From Serratia sp. (in: enterobacteria) (lineage in GTDB: Bacteria; Pseudomonadota; Gammaproteobacteria; Enterobacterales; Enterobacteriaceae): DNA of 30,000 nucleotides. Below the pieces are notes generated by a model, which was not told where the DNA came from, did no database searches, and was given only the letters and a program-made list of their open reading frames with translations. Position numbers and translations under genes: made by a program. The first letter of the stretch is position 1, and every line of letters begins with the position of its first letter. The DNA lies in assembly GCF_046715635.1 (NCBI RefSeq), contig NZ_JBKJYW010000348.1, positions 3,634-33,633 of the forward strand, given 5' to 3'. Below are positions 14,136 to 22,433 of the stretch, in pieces.

Positions 14136-15302
14136 ATGAGTATGCTGATCACCTTAGAGCTGGCTAATACCATTGTGAAACGAGCGATGAGTATTATCCA
14201 TTATAACGTTAATGTTATTGACCATCAGGGCGTAATTATCGCTTCGGGCGAACCACATAGGATCGGTGAACGGCATGAAGTGGCCTTTGAGGTGATAAAG
14301 AACCGCCAGCGGATGACGATAGAAAATGCTCAGCAGGCGGCCCGGTACAAAAATGTGCAACCCGGTATCAATCATCCGATTATCGTGGATGATCAGGTGG
14401 TTATGGTGATAGGTATCAGTGGCAATCCCGCCGCGATTGCGCGTTACGCCGAGCTGGCCATCTTGGCGGCAGAGCTGTTGATCAAACAGTCTTTAGCTAT
14501 CCGGGAAATGAACTGGCAATACCGTATCAGAGATCTATTGCTAAAACAGTATCTTGAGGTGGGCGATACTGACAAAGGCAAGGAAATACTTCACCAGTTG
14601 GTACAGCAAGAGATTGACCTGTCACAACCCCTGTTGCCGGTATTGATCAATATTGAAACCGGCGGGCATTTATTGGGGCAAACCATCGATCACATCCTCA
14701 ATAAACTGTCACATATTTTAAAATCCCAACGGGTAATATTGCTCAGCAATGATGAGATCCTGTTAATTATCACCGCGATCGAACAGACCGAAGCCACGGT
14801 TAAAGCTATGAACGCCTTTATGGAAACTCAGCTGAGCCATTACACTATTGGCATTGGGGTAGAGTCAGGCTCTGCTGGGATTTTCCGCCAATCGGTATTT
14901 ATGATCAAAGAGATGATAGAACATGCTCGGGAGTCGTTACCACAATCGCGGGTCATTAACGGCCAGCAGTTTGCCTTCAGCGGGTTGTTGAATGAAGCCA
15001 GAAGCAGCTCATTTACCCTTTATTTCAAACAGAGAATCGATAAATTACTGATGCTGAGCACCGGTCAAATGCTGCTCAACACTTTGAGTACCTATATCGC
15101 ACACAATGCCGAACTGGCAAACGCTGCGCGGGAACTTGGGGTACATCGCAACACGCTTACCTATCGGCTTAATCAGATCAAAGAAGCGACGTCGTTGGAT
15201 CCGTTTAATTTCAAGGAACTTAGCCAACTGATGATTTCGCTTTACTATCATCAGGGGACGCGGCTGTCTAATGCGGCGGCTGGCACCAACGATCCCCAAT
15301 GA
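14136..15302 (+). CDS. CdaR/SdaR-family transcriptional regulator (N-terminal sugar-diacid-recognition domain, C-terminal PucR-type HTH)
   Basis: The N-terminus ANTIVKRAMSIIHYNVNVIDHQGVIIASGEPHRIGERHEVA parallels E. coli CdaR (AQDIVARTMRIIDTNINVMDARGRIIGSGDRERIGELHEGA). The C-terminal A.ELGVHRNTLTYRLNQIKE.T.LDP.NF matches the PucR-type HTH (IHRNTLEYRLNRI). ATG 14142 is an equally plausible start with better SD spacing. Confidence 0.88.
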   Translation: MSMLITLELANTIVKRAMSIIHYNVNVIDHQGVIIASGEPHRIGERHEVAFEVIKNRQRMTIENAQQAARYKNVQPGINHPIIVDDQVVMVIGISGNPAAIARYAELAILAAELLIKQSLAIREMNWQYRIRDLLLKQYLEVGDTDKGKEILHQLVQQEIDLSQPLLPVLINIETGGHLLGQTIDHILNKLSHILKSQRVILLSNDEILLIITAIEQTEATVKAMNAFMETQLSHYTIGIGVESGSAGIFRQSVFMIKEMIEHARESLPQSRVINGQQFAFSGLLNEARSSSFTLYFKQRIDKLLMLSTGQMLLNTLSTYIAHNAELANAARELGVHRNTLTYRLNQIKEATSLDPFNFKELSQLMISLYYHQGTRLSNAAAGTNDPQ

Positions 15303-15511
15303 TGTGTCTGGAGAGGTTGCTACGATCCACTCACCCTCTTTGTCAGAAAACATCATTATTCACCCGAATAACCGCACAGTAAAATCAGTATATTCATTAA
15401 GTTATGGAATGATATGATTATGACTGAATGACTAGCTGTTATCACCATACTGACCATCATCAGCCCGGGGCCGAATTCTGCAATGGTTAACAAACAAAGG
15501 AAGGGGTAAAG

Positions 15512-15970
15512 ATGGAAATAAGCTGGCAGGCATTGAAGGGCAGCAGCCTCAGCGCGCAGCAGTTGCATGATATTCTGGCACTGCGCATGGCGGTGTTTGT
15601 CGTAGAGCAGACTTGCCCGTTTCAGGATATTGATGGACAGGATCTGCTGAATAGTACCCTTCACGTTGCCGGATACCGCGACGGTAAGCTTGTCGCCTAC
15701 GCGAGAGTGCTGCATGTGGATGATTCTCTGGATGCGGCCAAAATCACGCGAGTGATTGTTGATGATTCCGTCAGGGGTCAGAAGCTGGGTGTCAGGCTGA
15801 TGGAAAAAACGATGTCCTTAATCCACCGTGACGAACCGGGCAAGGCGATAAAGCTCTCAGCACAGTCTCACCTCGTCAAATTCTATGAAGGATTCGGTTT
15901 CAAAACGGTATCCGACGAATACCTTGATGATGGCATACCCCATATGGATATGGAGTCTACGGACGCGTAA
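15512..15970 (+). CDS. elaA: GNAT-family N-acetyltransferase ElaA-like
   Basis: The 152-aa ORF aligns along its full length with E. coli ElaA as recalled (W..L....LS..QL..IL.LR.AVFVVEQ.CP.QDIDG.DL......H..G.....LVAYAR.L......D.....RVIV....RG.K.G..LM......FY..FGF..V...Y.DDGIPH..M). AAGGAAGGGG SD. Confidence 0.85.
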   Translation: MEISWQALKGSSLSAQQLHDILALRMAVFVVEQTCPFQDIDGQDLLNSTLHVAGYRDGKLVAYARVLHVDDSLDAAKITRVIVDDSVRGQKLGVRLMEKTMSLIHRDEPGKAIKLSAQSHLVKFYEGFGFKTVSDEYLDDGIPHMDMESTDA

Positions 15971-16030
15971 TCCAGGCTGGGCCTTATCCGGTTTCACATT
16001 GATGTAGCGCGCCAGCTGTAATTAGCTTTG

Positions 16031-16054
16031 GCCCCAACCCGCGAGGGTCAGGGC
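16031..16054. terminator. Weak bipartite hairpin between convergent elaA and tldD
   Basis: GCCC-ca-ACCC-gcga-GGGT-ca-GGGC: two 4-bp helices around a GNRA-type loop and a 2x2 internal loop. No U-tract on either strand. Confidence 0.25.
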
Positions 16055-16076
16055 TTGGTACATTACTCAGTTGCTA

Positions 16077-17522
16077 TTACGCCGTGCCGCCCACGGTAAG
16101 TGAATCCAGCTTCAGCGTCGGCTGGCCAACCCCTACCGGCAGGCTCTGCCCTTCTTTACCGCACACGCCCACGCCCTTATCCAGCGCCAGGTCGTTGCCC
16201 ACCATCGAAATCTGCTGCATCGCCTCAATGCCTGAACCGATCAGCGTGGCCCCCTTCACCGGCTTGGTGACGCGGCCATTTTCGATCAGATAGGCTTCAG
16301 AGGTGGAGAAGACAAATTTCCCGGAGGTGATATCAACCTGACCGCCGCCAAAGTTCGGCGCATACAGGCCATACTCCACGCTGGCGATAATATCTTCTGG
16401 CGTCGACTTGCCCGCCAGCATGTAGGTGTTGGTCATGCGCGGCATTGGCAGGTGTGCATAAGACTCGCGGCGGCCGTTACCGGTAGGCGCAACGCCCATC
16501 AGCCGTGCGTTGAGCTTATCTTGCATATAGCCTTTCAGAATGCCTTTCTCGATCAGCACGTTGTACTGGCCCGGCACGCCTTCGTCATCGATCGCCAGGG
16601 AACCACGGCGGCCTTGCAAGGTGCCATCATCCACCACGGTGCACAGCTCAGAAGCTACTAACTGACCCATCTGGCCGCTGAATACCGAGGTGCCACGGCG
16701 GTTGAAGTCACCTTCCAACCCGTGACCGACCGCTTCATGCAGCAACACCCCAGGCCAGCCCGCGCCTAGTACCACAGGCATGGTGCCCGCCGGGGCCGCC
16801 ACGGCAGAAAGGTTAACCAGCGCCATACGCACCGCTTCTTTGGCAAAAGCATCGGCACGGACTTCGCCATCCACCACTTCCAGGAAGTAGTCATAGCCAA
16901 AACGGCCACCGCCACCGCTGGCTCCGCGCTCACGCTTGCCGTCTTCTTCCACCAGCACGCTGACGGAGAACCGCACCAGCGGGCGAACGTCCGCCGCCAA
17001 GGTGCCATCCGTTGCCGCAACCAATATCTGCTCATACACACCGGTGATGCTAGCCGTCACTTCCTGCACACGCTTGTCTGCAGCACGCGCGACCTTGTCT
17101 ACCCGATGCAATAGCGCGATCTTCTCTTCCCGCGGCAGGCTTTGCAGTGGATCGAGCAAAGGATACAGCGCCTGATAGCCGATCTCGCCCAGCGTATGGA
17201 CTTTGCCATTGCCGCTGTCACGCACAATGCTGCGAGCAGCCTGAGCGCTTTGGTTCAGGGCATTCAGGGTGATTTGGTCTGCATAGGCAAAGCCGGTCTT
17301 TTCACCGCTGACCGCGCGTACACCAACGCCCTGATCGATATTGTACGAGCCATCTTTAATGATACCGTCCTCAATCACCCAGGCTTCGTGGTAGCTGGAC
17401 TGAAAATAGAGGTCGGCGTAATCGAGGCGGCGTTCGGCCAGTCGACCCAATACGGAAAACAGGTCTTGATGACTCAGCTTATTCACAGCGAGTAACTGCT
17501 CACTGACAAACGACAGGCTCAT
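16077..17522 (-). CDS. tldD: Metalloprotease TldD
   Basis: Near-colinear with E. coli TldD (MSL..VSEQLLA...[46 protein letters not shown]) and carries the metal site [13 protein letters not shown]. The start is ATG 17522, giving 481 aa as in E. coli. Track start 17534 is a GTG overlapping the upstream stop. Confidence 0.95.
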   Translation of the reverse strand: MSLSFVSEQLLAVNKLSHQDLFSVLGRLAERRLDYADLYFQSSYHEAWVIEDGIIKDGSYNIDQGVGVRAVSGEKTGFAYADQITLNALNQSAQAARSIVRDSGNGKVHTLGEIGYQALYPLLDPLQSLPREEKIALLHRVDKVARAADKRVQEVTASITGVYEQILVAATDGTLAADVRPLVRFSVSVLVEEDGKRERGASGGGGRFGYDYFLEVVDGEVRADAFAKEAVRMALVNLSAVAAPAGTMPVVLGAGWPGVLLHEAVGHGLEGDFNRRGTSVFSGQMGQLVASELCTVVDDGTLQGRRGSLAIDDEGVPGQYNVLIEKGILKGYMQDKLNARLMGVAPTGNGRRESYAHLPMPRMTNTYMLAGKSTPEDIIASVEYGLYAPNFGGGQVDITSGKFVFSTSEAYLIENGRVTKPVKGATLIGSGIEAMQQISMVGNDLALDKGVGVCGKEGQSLPVGVGQPTLKLDSLTVGGTA

Positions 17523-17530
17523 AATTTTTT

Positions 17531-18388
17531 TCACTCTTTATTGGAGGAGTTTTCAACCGGCGCAATCAGCGTCGGCTGGAATCGGTTGTGCTGCATCACC
17601 GGCATCTGTTTGCGGATGGTATGCAACTTGCCGGTATCCACGCGCACTTTCAGCGCGGAGACCGCGTCGGGGTTTTCTGCCCGCACATTACCCCAGCTGT
17701 CTACCACCATGGAATGTCCCCAGGTGCGGCGGGTGGCTCCGTGGCGGCCCACCTGCGCGGGAGCCAGGATCACACACTGGTTCTCGATAGCGCGGGCGCG
17801 CAGCAAAATCTCCCAGTGTGCCTCACCGGTCACGCGGGTAAATGCGGCGGGCACCGAGATCAGTTCCGCACCTTGCGCGCGCAGCGCCTGATACAGGCCA
17901 GGGAAACGCAGGTCGTAGCATATCGTCATACCCAGGCGGCCCACCGGCGTATCGACCACCGTCAATTGTTGGCCATGCTGATAAGTATCCGACTCGCGAT
18001 AATGGGCGTGTATATCATTGATATCCACGTCGAACATGTGCAGTTTATCGTAACGGCCACGGATTTCGCCCTGGTCGTCAAACAGCAGGCTACTGGTGGT
18101 GATGCGTGCCGGATCTTCGCGGCTGATCAATGGCATAGAACCCACCAGCAACCATACCCCATAACGGCGAGCCATATCGCGCACCGCCTGCTGCAACGGC
18201 CCGTGACCTTCCGTTTCCGCATGTTCACGGTAGGCGGCCGAGTTGGCAAACAGTAAGGCGTTCTCCGGAGTCATCACCAGTTTTATCCCTGGATTGAGCT
18301 GCTTGATCTGCTGTTCAATCTGGGCCAGGTTGTCCCGTACCTGCTCACCGCTACACAGCTGTAATAACGCAACGTTAGCATTTTTCAT
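17531..18388 (-). CDS. Carbon-nitrogen hydrolase (nitrilase superfamily, Nit1/YbeM-like amidase)
   Basis: 285-aa ORF with the nitrilase-superfamily Glu-Lys-Cys triad contexts: VMTPENAL (Glu), RYDKLHMFD (Lys), [11 protein letters not shown] (Cys). It also has the later AFT...[15 protein letters not shown] block. Its ATG overlaps the yhdP stop (ATGA). Confidence 0.85.
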   Translation of the reverse strand: MKNANVALLQLCSGEQVRDNLAQIEQQIKQLNPGIKLVMTPENALLFANSAAYREHAETEGHGPLQQAVRDMARRYGVWLLVGSMPLISREDPARITTSSLLFDDQGEIRGRYDKLHMFDVDINDIHAHYRESDTYQHGQQLTVVDTPVGRLGMTICYDLRFPGLYQALRAQGAELISVPAAFTRVTGEAHWEILLRARAIENQCVILAPAQVGRHGATRRTWGHSMVVDSWGNVRAENPDAVSALKVRVDTGKLHTIRKQMPVMQHNRFQPTLIAPVENSSNKE

Positions 18389-21300
18389 GGCGACTTATCC
18401 TCTTTTGGCTTACGCAACACCTCATGAATACTTGGGTGGTCCAGGCTACCGGTAATGTTGTAGCGGATCAGCGAGATCTTGTTCCACAACGGAGCCAGTG
18501 CCTTGGAGGCCGCAAACACCGCCGCCCCCACAATCGGGTTGATCACAAACGCGGTCGCTACTCCCACCGTCGCCGAGATCTCTGGCGCGATTACGGCCTG
18601 CATATCAATCTGGCGCTTCACCAGGTCAATCTGGCCGCTCATGGCGATATCGGCCGCCAGCCCATCCACCAGCAAGTTATCTGTATGCATTATGCCATCT
18701 TTCGCCCAGATAGTGCCGCGTATGGAGTCAAAGTAAAATCCGTTGCCGAAGGTATCACGGAAGTCGAACTGCAATTTGCGCAGCAGGGCATCGAAGCTGA
18801 CCAGGCGTAACAGCTGTCCGGCCCGGCCACCGCCGACGTTATCGATCTCACCTTTACCCAGATCGACCTTCATGGTGCCATTGAGCGTGCTGATCTGCGG
18901 TTTCCATGGCTGCCCGTGCCAGTGCAGATCAAAATCGATATCGTAAGGTGCATCTTTTAATGGAATGATCATGCCGAAGAAACTGGCGGTGCGATCGATT
19001 TTGCTGCCCAGCAGCTTGCCCTTTAACCCACTACGCTCTTCCTGAGCGTTCTGTTTCCACAGGCCGGTGGCGCTCATGCGGCCATAGCCGGTATCCACCA
19101 GGCCATGGCTTAGCACCAGCGAGTCACCTTCGCGTTTGAGATCAGCCTCTACCGTGCCAAGGTTCTGCCCCATCATCCAGCAGGATTTACAGCGCAACAT
19201 CAGTGAAGGCCAATCCTGGAACGAGATCCGCTCCGCCGAGTCCAGCGGGTTGGTACCGCCTGTACTGCCGTCGCCGCTGGTAAACTGCGGGTTGTAGTAA
19301 AGATAGCCGAGATCCGCGCGCCACACGCCGTTATCCGGCATCGACAGGCTGCCATCAATCTCTTTGCCCTTGGCGGTCACCTTCGTTCCTGCCAGCTGCT
19401 GTTCTACCGCAAGCTGCAGGTTATGCCACGCCTGCCCGCCCAGCGTCAGCTGTGGGGTTTCGAGCGTTACGCTGGTTGGGAACACAAAGTTGCCCACTTT
19501 GCCTGCGCCGTTGCCTTGTTTCATCGCCGGAGCCACTAACCCCAGCCATTGTTCGCCATCCAACGCGGGCAGATTGAGCACCAGGGATTTGTTTTTGGGT
19601 AGCGGTGGAGTTGCCGAGCCGCCTGTTTGCCAAGCGGCACGTGCCAGCGTCACCTGCTGTTTGGCCAACAGCCATTCGCTGTTGAAGTGGTTTTGCTTGC
19701 CCGCGCTGCCATTGAGCATAAATCCTTGCAGGCCGCCGTTCACTTTTACGCTAACCGGTAACGCTTCCCCCGCGGATTTGTTAAGAGGAGAAGGTAAGTG
19801 ACTGCTTACTTTTTTCAGATCGGCATTGACACCAATCTCATAGCTCGGCTTGCCTTTATGCGGCAGATTGATCGCCACTTTACCTTGCCAGGCGGCGCTG
19901 CCAGCCAACAGTTTGGCAAACTCGGGCGGCAGACCGTCAACCTTGGCTGGTTGCCAATCGCCTTTCAACCCAACGTTAACCTTATAATCCTGTTTACCTT
20001 CCAGCGTATCGAAGTTGACCGCCAGCGGCTGCCCAAACCAGTTGGCCGTCAGGGTATCGCTTTGCAGGTTGCCGTTGTTGAAGCGGAACTTGCCGCTCAC
20101 TCTCTCAAGCTGACTTTCCAGCGGCTTGACCAGCAGCGAGTTGTTGTTCAGCGTGACTTCACCGCTGGCGTTAACCAGTTCGCCATCCAATGGGATATTT
20201 AGATGTAAGCGCCCACTTACATTGCCCCCTACCTGCAACTCATCTAGCGCTGCCCCGACCGAATCATCCAGTGGGGTCTGCATGAAATAGTCGTGAATAG
20301 CTTGCCCGGTGCCCGCAACATCGGCATCAATCAACAGGCGTTCTTTGCGATAGTCCGGAATGACGGCGGTAATGTTTCTGCCCGTCGCGTTGCCCAGTTT
20401 GGTTTGCGGCGCATTCATCCACAGGCCGCTGTTGGCAAAATCGAGATCGATCGCCAGATCGTTCAGCGCTGGCCACTCCGGCTGGAACTGGAAGGTAGCG
20501 TGGCGTAGTGGGACAAACACCTCAAACTGTCCTTCGTTCTTCTCATACGGGAAGTGCTGCGGATTGCCCGCATAGATCAGAGTAGCATTATCAACCTGCC
20601 CGCCCTGGATTGCCCCGCTGAGATAATCCACCAGATGTTTACCCATCAGCGGTTCAGGGAAATAACGCCAGGCATCGGCACCATCATACAAACGGATGCC
20701 AGCCAGAATATCCAGCCAAGGCTCGCCGTTAGCCGGTTGCTGATAGCGGAAATCGCCGTTAACCCACAGGGATTTGGCTTGTACGTCCAGACTTTGACTT
20801 GCCAATTGCCAGCCTTGATCGTTGTTTTGCCAGGTCAATGCCCCGCTCGCACGGCCGATCTCCAACGGTGCCCGGAACATATCGCCATAAGGCAGCGTGC
20901 TGTTGTTCAGCCCCAGCGTCAGACGGCCATTTTCTACGCTCCCGGTTAACGCGCCGGAAAAGTGATCGACACCCGGCAACAGTTTCCAGTGTTGCCAGCT
21001 CAGATCCTGCCACCACGCCTGAAAACGAGTTTTTTCCGGCTGTTGCAGCGGGATATCCAGCGCCAGCGCCCTGAGCATGCCGCGAGGTTGTAAGTCTTTC
21101 CAGCGCTCCAATACTTCCGGGCTGAGGAACGAGAAGGTGGGTAGCAACGCTTCCAGCCGTTCCAACTGGATGCCGGTGGCACGGATACGCAGTTCTTCAC
21201 TCTGGTTTGGCCCGATAAATTGGGTATTTTCCGGCAACCACAGCGCGGTGAGGGTTCCTGGAGCCCAGGTTTGGCCATCGGTTTTCAGGTTCAGCGCAGG

Positions 21301-22197
21301 CACATGCACCTGCCAGCCGTTACCCTGACGGCTCAGTGCCAGCGCCAGATTATCGACGTCCAACCGGTGTTGATCGCCCCCCGCCGACCAATTGGCGGTG
21401 CCTTTATTGAGCAGGGCATTACCACTGTAGATTTCGCCATTTTTGATATTGAGCCAGGCCGCCAGGCTGAAATCGGCGCTTTCGAGGCCGGTATTGGTTT
21501 GCAGCCAGCGGCTGAACCAGGGCTTCATGTCGATCTCATCGGCCTGCATATAGATGGTGCCAGTGTTGAGCAACCCCTGCTCATCCCGCAGATCCAGACG
21601 TAGCTGTACCGCACCGTGCTGGCCATTCAGACTGGTCAGGCTGATTTGACCCTCGGCGCGATGGCGGTTATGGCTGTTGAGCCAGGTCATTTGCGGAATG
21701 TGGAATTCAGCACGCGAGCCTGATGGGGTCAGGAACGAGAGGCGGCTGTTACGCAGATCAAAGCGATCCAGCTGATACAGGAACAGATCGCTGACCCCGT
21801 TCGGGGTAAGGCCATTGCCATTGCTGCCTTCACCCCCGAGCGTCGCGTTAAGATCGAGCTGCAGTTGATAGAAGGTGAGATCGCGGAACTGCCAGCGCCA
21901 ATGCAACAGGGATTGCCACACGTCCAGCGCCAGCGTGACCCGCTCAATCTGGATGGTGCTTTTTGGCAGGGTTAAACGGATGTTGCGAGCTTCCAGCGTT
22001 GGGCCAAACGTTTCCCAACTGCCCTGGACAAAGTCGGCCTCGACGGGCACCCCGGCGATCGCCTGCACCTTCTCCAGCAATAGCGGACGATAGTGGTTAA
22101 GCTCAGGCAGCACCAGACGCAACCCGCTGATCAGCAACGCCACAACAACAATCAAACTGGCGCCTGTGGCTAACAGGATCCCGGGCAGTCGCCTCAC
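18385..22197 (-). CDS. yhdP: AsmA-like envelope phospholipid-transport protein YhdP
   Basis: The N-terminus (V/M)RRLPGILLATGASLIVVVALLISGLRLVLP and VTLALDVWQSLLHWRWQFRDLTF match E. coli YhdP. I chose GTG start 22197, preceded by AAGGAG at 6 nt, giving 1270 aa (E. coli 1266). The 16 extra codons of the track ORF have no E. coli counterpart. Confidence 0.93.
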   Translation of the reverse strand: MRRLPGILLATGASLIVVVALLISGLRLVLPELNHYRPLLLEKVQAIAGVPVEADFVQGSWETFGPTLEARNIRLTLPKSTIQIERVTLALDVWQSLLHWRWQFRDLTFYQLQLDLNATLGGEGSNGNGLTPNGVSDLFLYQLDRFDLRNSRLSFLTPSGSRAEFHIPQMTWLNSHNRHRAEGQISLTSLNGQHGAVQLRLDLRDEQGLLNTGTIYMQADEIDMKPWFSRWLQTNTGLESADFSLAAWLNIKNGEIYSGNALLNKGTANWSAGGDQHRLDVDNLALALSRQGNGWQVHVPALNLKTDGQTWAPGTLTALWLPENTQFIGPNQSEELRIRATGIQLERLEALLPTFSFLSPEVLERWKDLQPRGMLRALALDIPLQQPEKTRFQAWWQDLSWQHWKLLPGVDHFSGALTGSVENGRLTLGLNNSTLPYGDMFRAPLEIGRASGALTWQNNDQGWQLASQSLDVQAKSLWVNGDFRYQQPANGEPWLDILAGIRLYDGADAWRYFPEPLMGKHLVDYLSGAIQGGQVDNATLIYAGNPQHFPYEKNEGQFEVFVPLRHATFQFQPEWPALNDLAIDLDFANSGLWMNAPQTKLGNATGRNITAVIPDYRKERLLIDADVAGTGQAIHDYFMQTPLDDSVGAALDELQVGGNVSGRLHLNIPLDGELVNASGEVTLNNNSLLVKPLESQLERVSGKFRFNNGNLQSDTLTANWFGQPLAVNFDTLEGKQDYKVNVGLKGDWQPAKVDGLPPEFAKLLAGSAAWQGKVAINLPHKGKPSYEIGVNADLKKVSSHLPSPLNKSAGEALPVSVKVNGGLQGFMLNGSAGKQNHFNSEWLLAKQQVTLARAAWQTGGSATPPLPKNKSLVLNLPALDGEQWLGLVAPAMKQGNGAGKVGNFVFPTSVTLETPQLTLGGQAWHNLQLAVEQQLAGTKVTAKGKEIDGSLSMPDNGVWRADLGYLYYNPQFTSGDGSTGGTNPLDSAERISFQDWPSLMLRCKSCWMMGQNLGTVEADLKREGDSLVLSHGLVDTGYGRMSATGLWKQNAQEERSGLKGKLLGSKIDRTASFFGMIIPLKDAPYDIDFDLHWHGQPWKPQISTLNGTMKVDLGKGEIDNVGGGRAGQLLRLVSFDALLRKLQFDFRDTFGNGFYFDSIRGTIWAKDGIMHTDNLLVDGLAADIAMSGQIDLVKRQIDMQAVIAPEISATVGVATAFVINPIVGAAVFAASKALAPLWNKISLIRYNITGSLDHPSIHEVLRKPKEDKSP

Positions 22198-22237
22198 GCA
22201 TTTCTCCTTATGACCAAAAATATAACCTAACCTTGTT

Positions 22238-22431
22238 CCCCTCACCCTAACCCTCTCCCAAAGGGAGAGAGGACCGATCGAGTTAGGCTGAAAGTATTGT
22301 GATCCTTCATGAGCACCGGCTGATCCACCTTGGATGAGGGGACGATCACGGTTGCCTAGATGACTTCTTTACCTCCAAAAGAGCAGGAACTAACAGCTCC
22401 CTCTCCCCGTGGGAGAGGGTTGGGGTGAGGG
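22238..22431. repeat. MITE-like nested palindromic element bounded by two inverted copies of a REP-type repeat
   Basis: The left end is CCCCTCACCCTAACCCTCTCCCaaaGGGAGAGAGG (22238-22272). The right end is CTCCCTCTCCCcgtGGGAGAGGGTTGGGGTGAGGG (22397-22431). The tails CCCTCACCCTAA and TTGGGGTGAGGG are reverse complements with 1 mismatch, and each end carries its own 7-9 bp hairpin. The core has an interrupted 12-bp stem (22299-22310 with 22334-22349). The element fills almost the whole rng-yhdP intergenic space. Confidence 0.7.
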
Positions 22432-22433
22432 TA

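Noticed and set aside
15356-15715. 119-aa - strand ORF overlapping the elaA start
   Set aside because: Its N-terminal two-thirds are antisense to elaA, which aligns full-length with E. coli ElaA. Only the hydrophobic C-terminal tail lies in intergenic DNA, and that is treated as a low-interest finding instead.
17588-18256. 222-aa + strand ORF, antisense to the nit-family gene; similarly 26027..26581 opposite mreB
   Set aside because: They are shadow ORFs opposite genes whose products align with known families over their full length.
22198-22245. N-terminal extensions offered by the ORF track for yhdP (16 codons). The same applies to csrD (29457-29537), mreB (27203-27223), tldD (17523-17534), yhdE (24575-24598), the thiolase (12705-12737) and the ligase (7222-7242)
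   Set aside because: In each case the shorter start coincides with the N-terminus of the E. coli orthologue or the family, and/or has a proper SD. The extension is unconserved-looking sequence, and in some cases it starts at a GTG overlapping the upstream gene.
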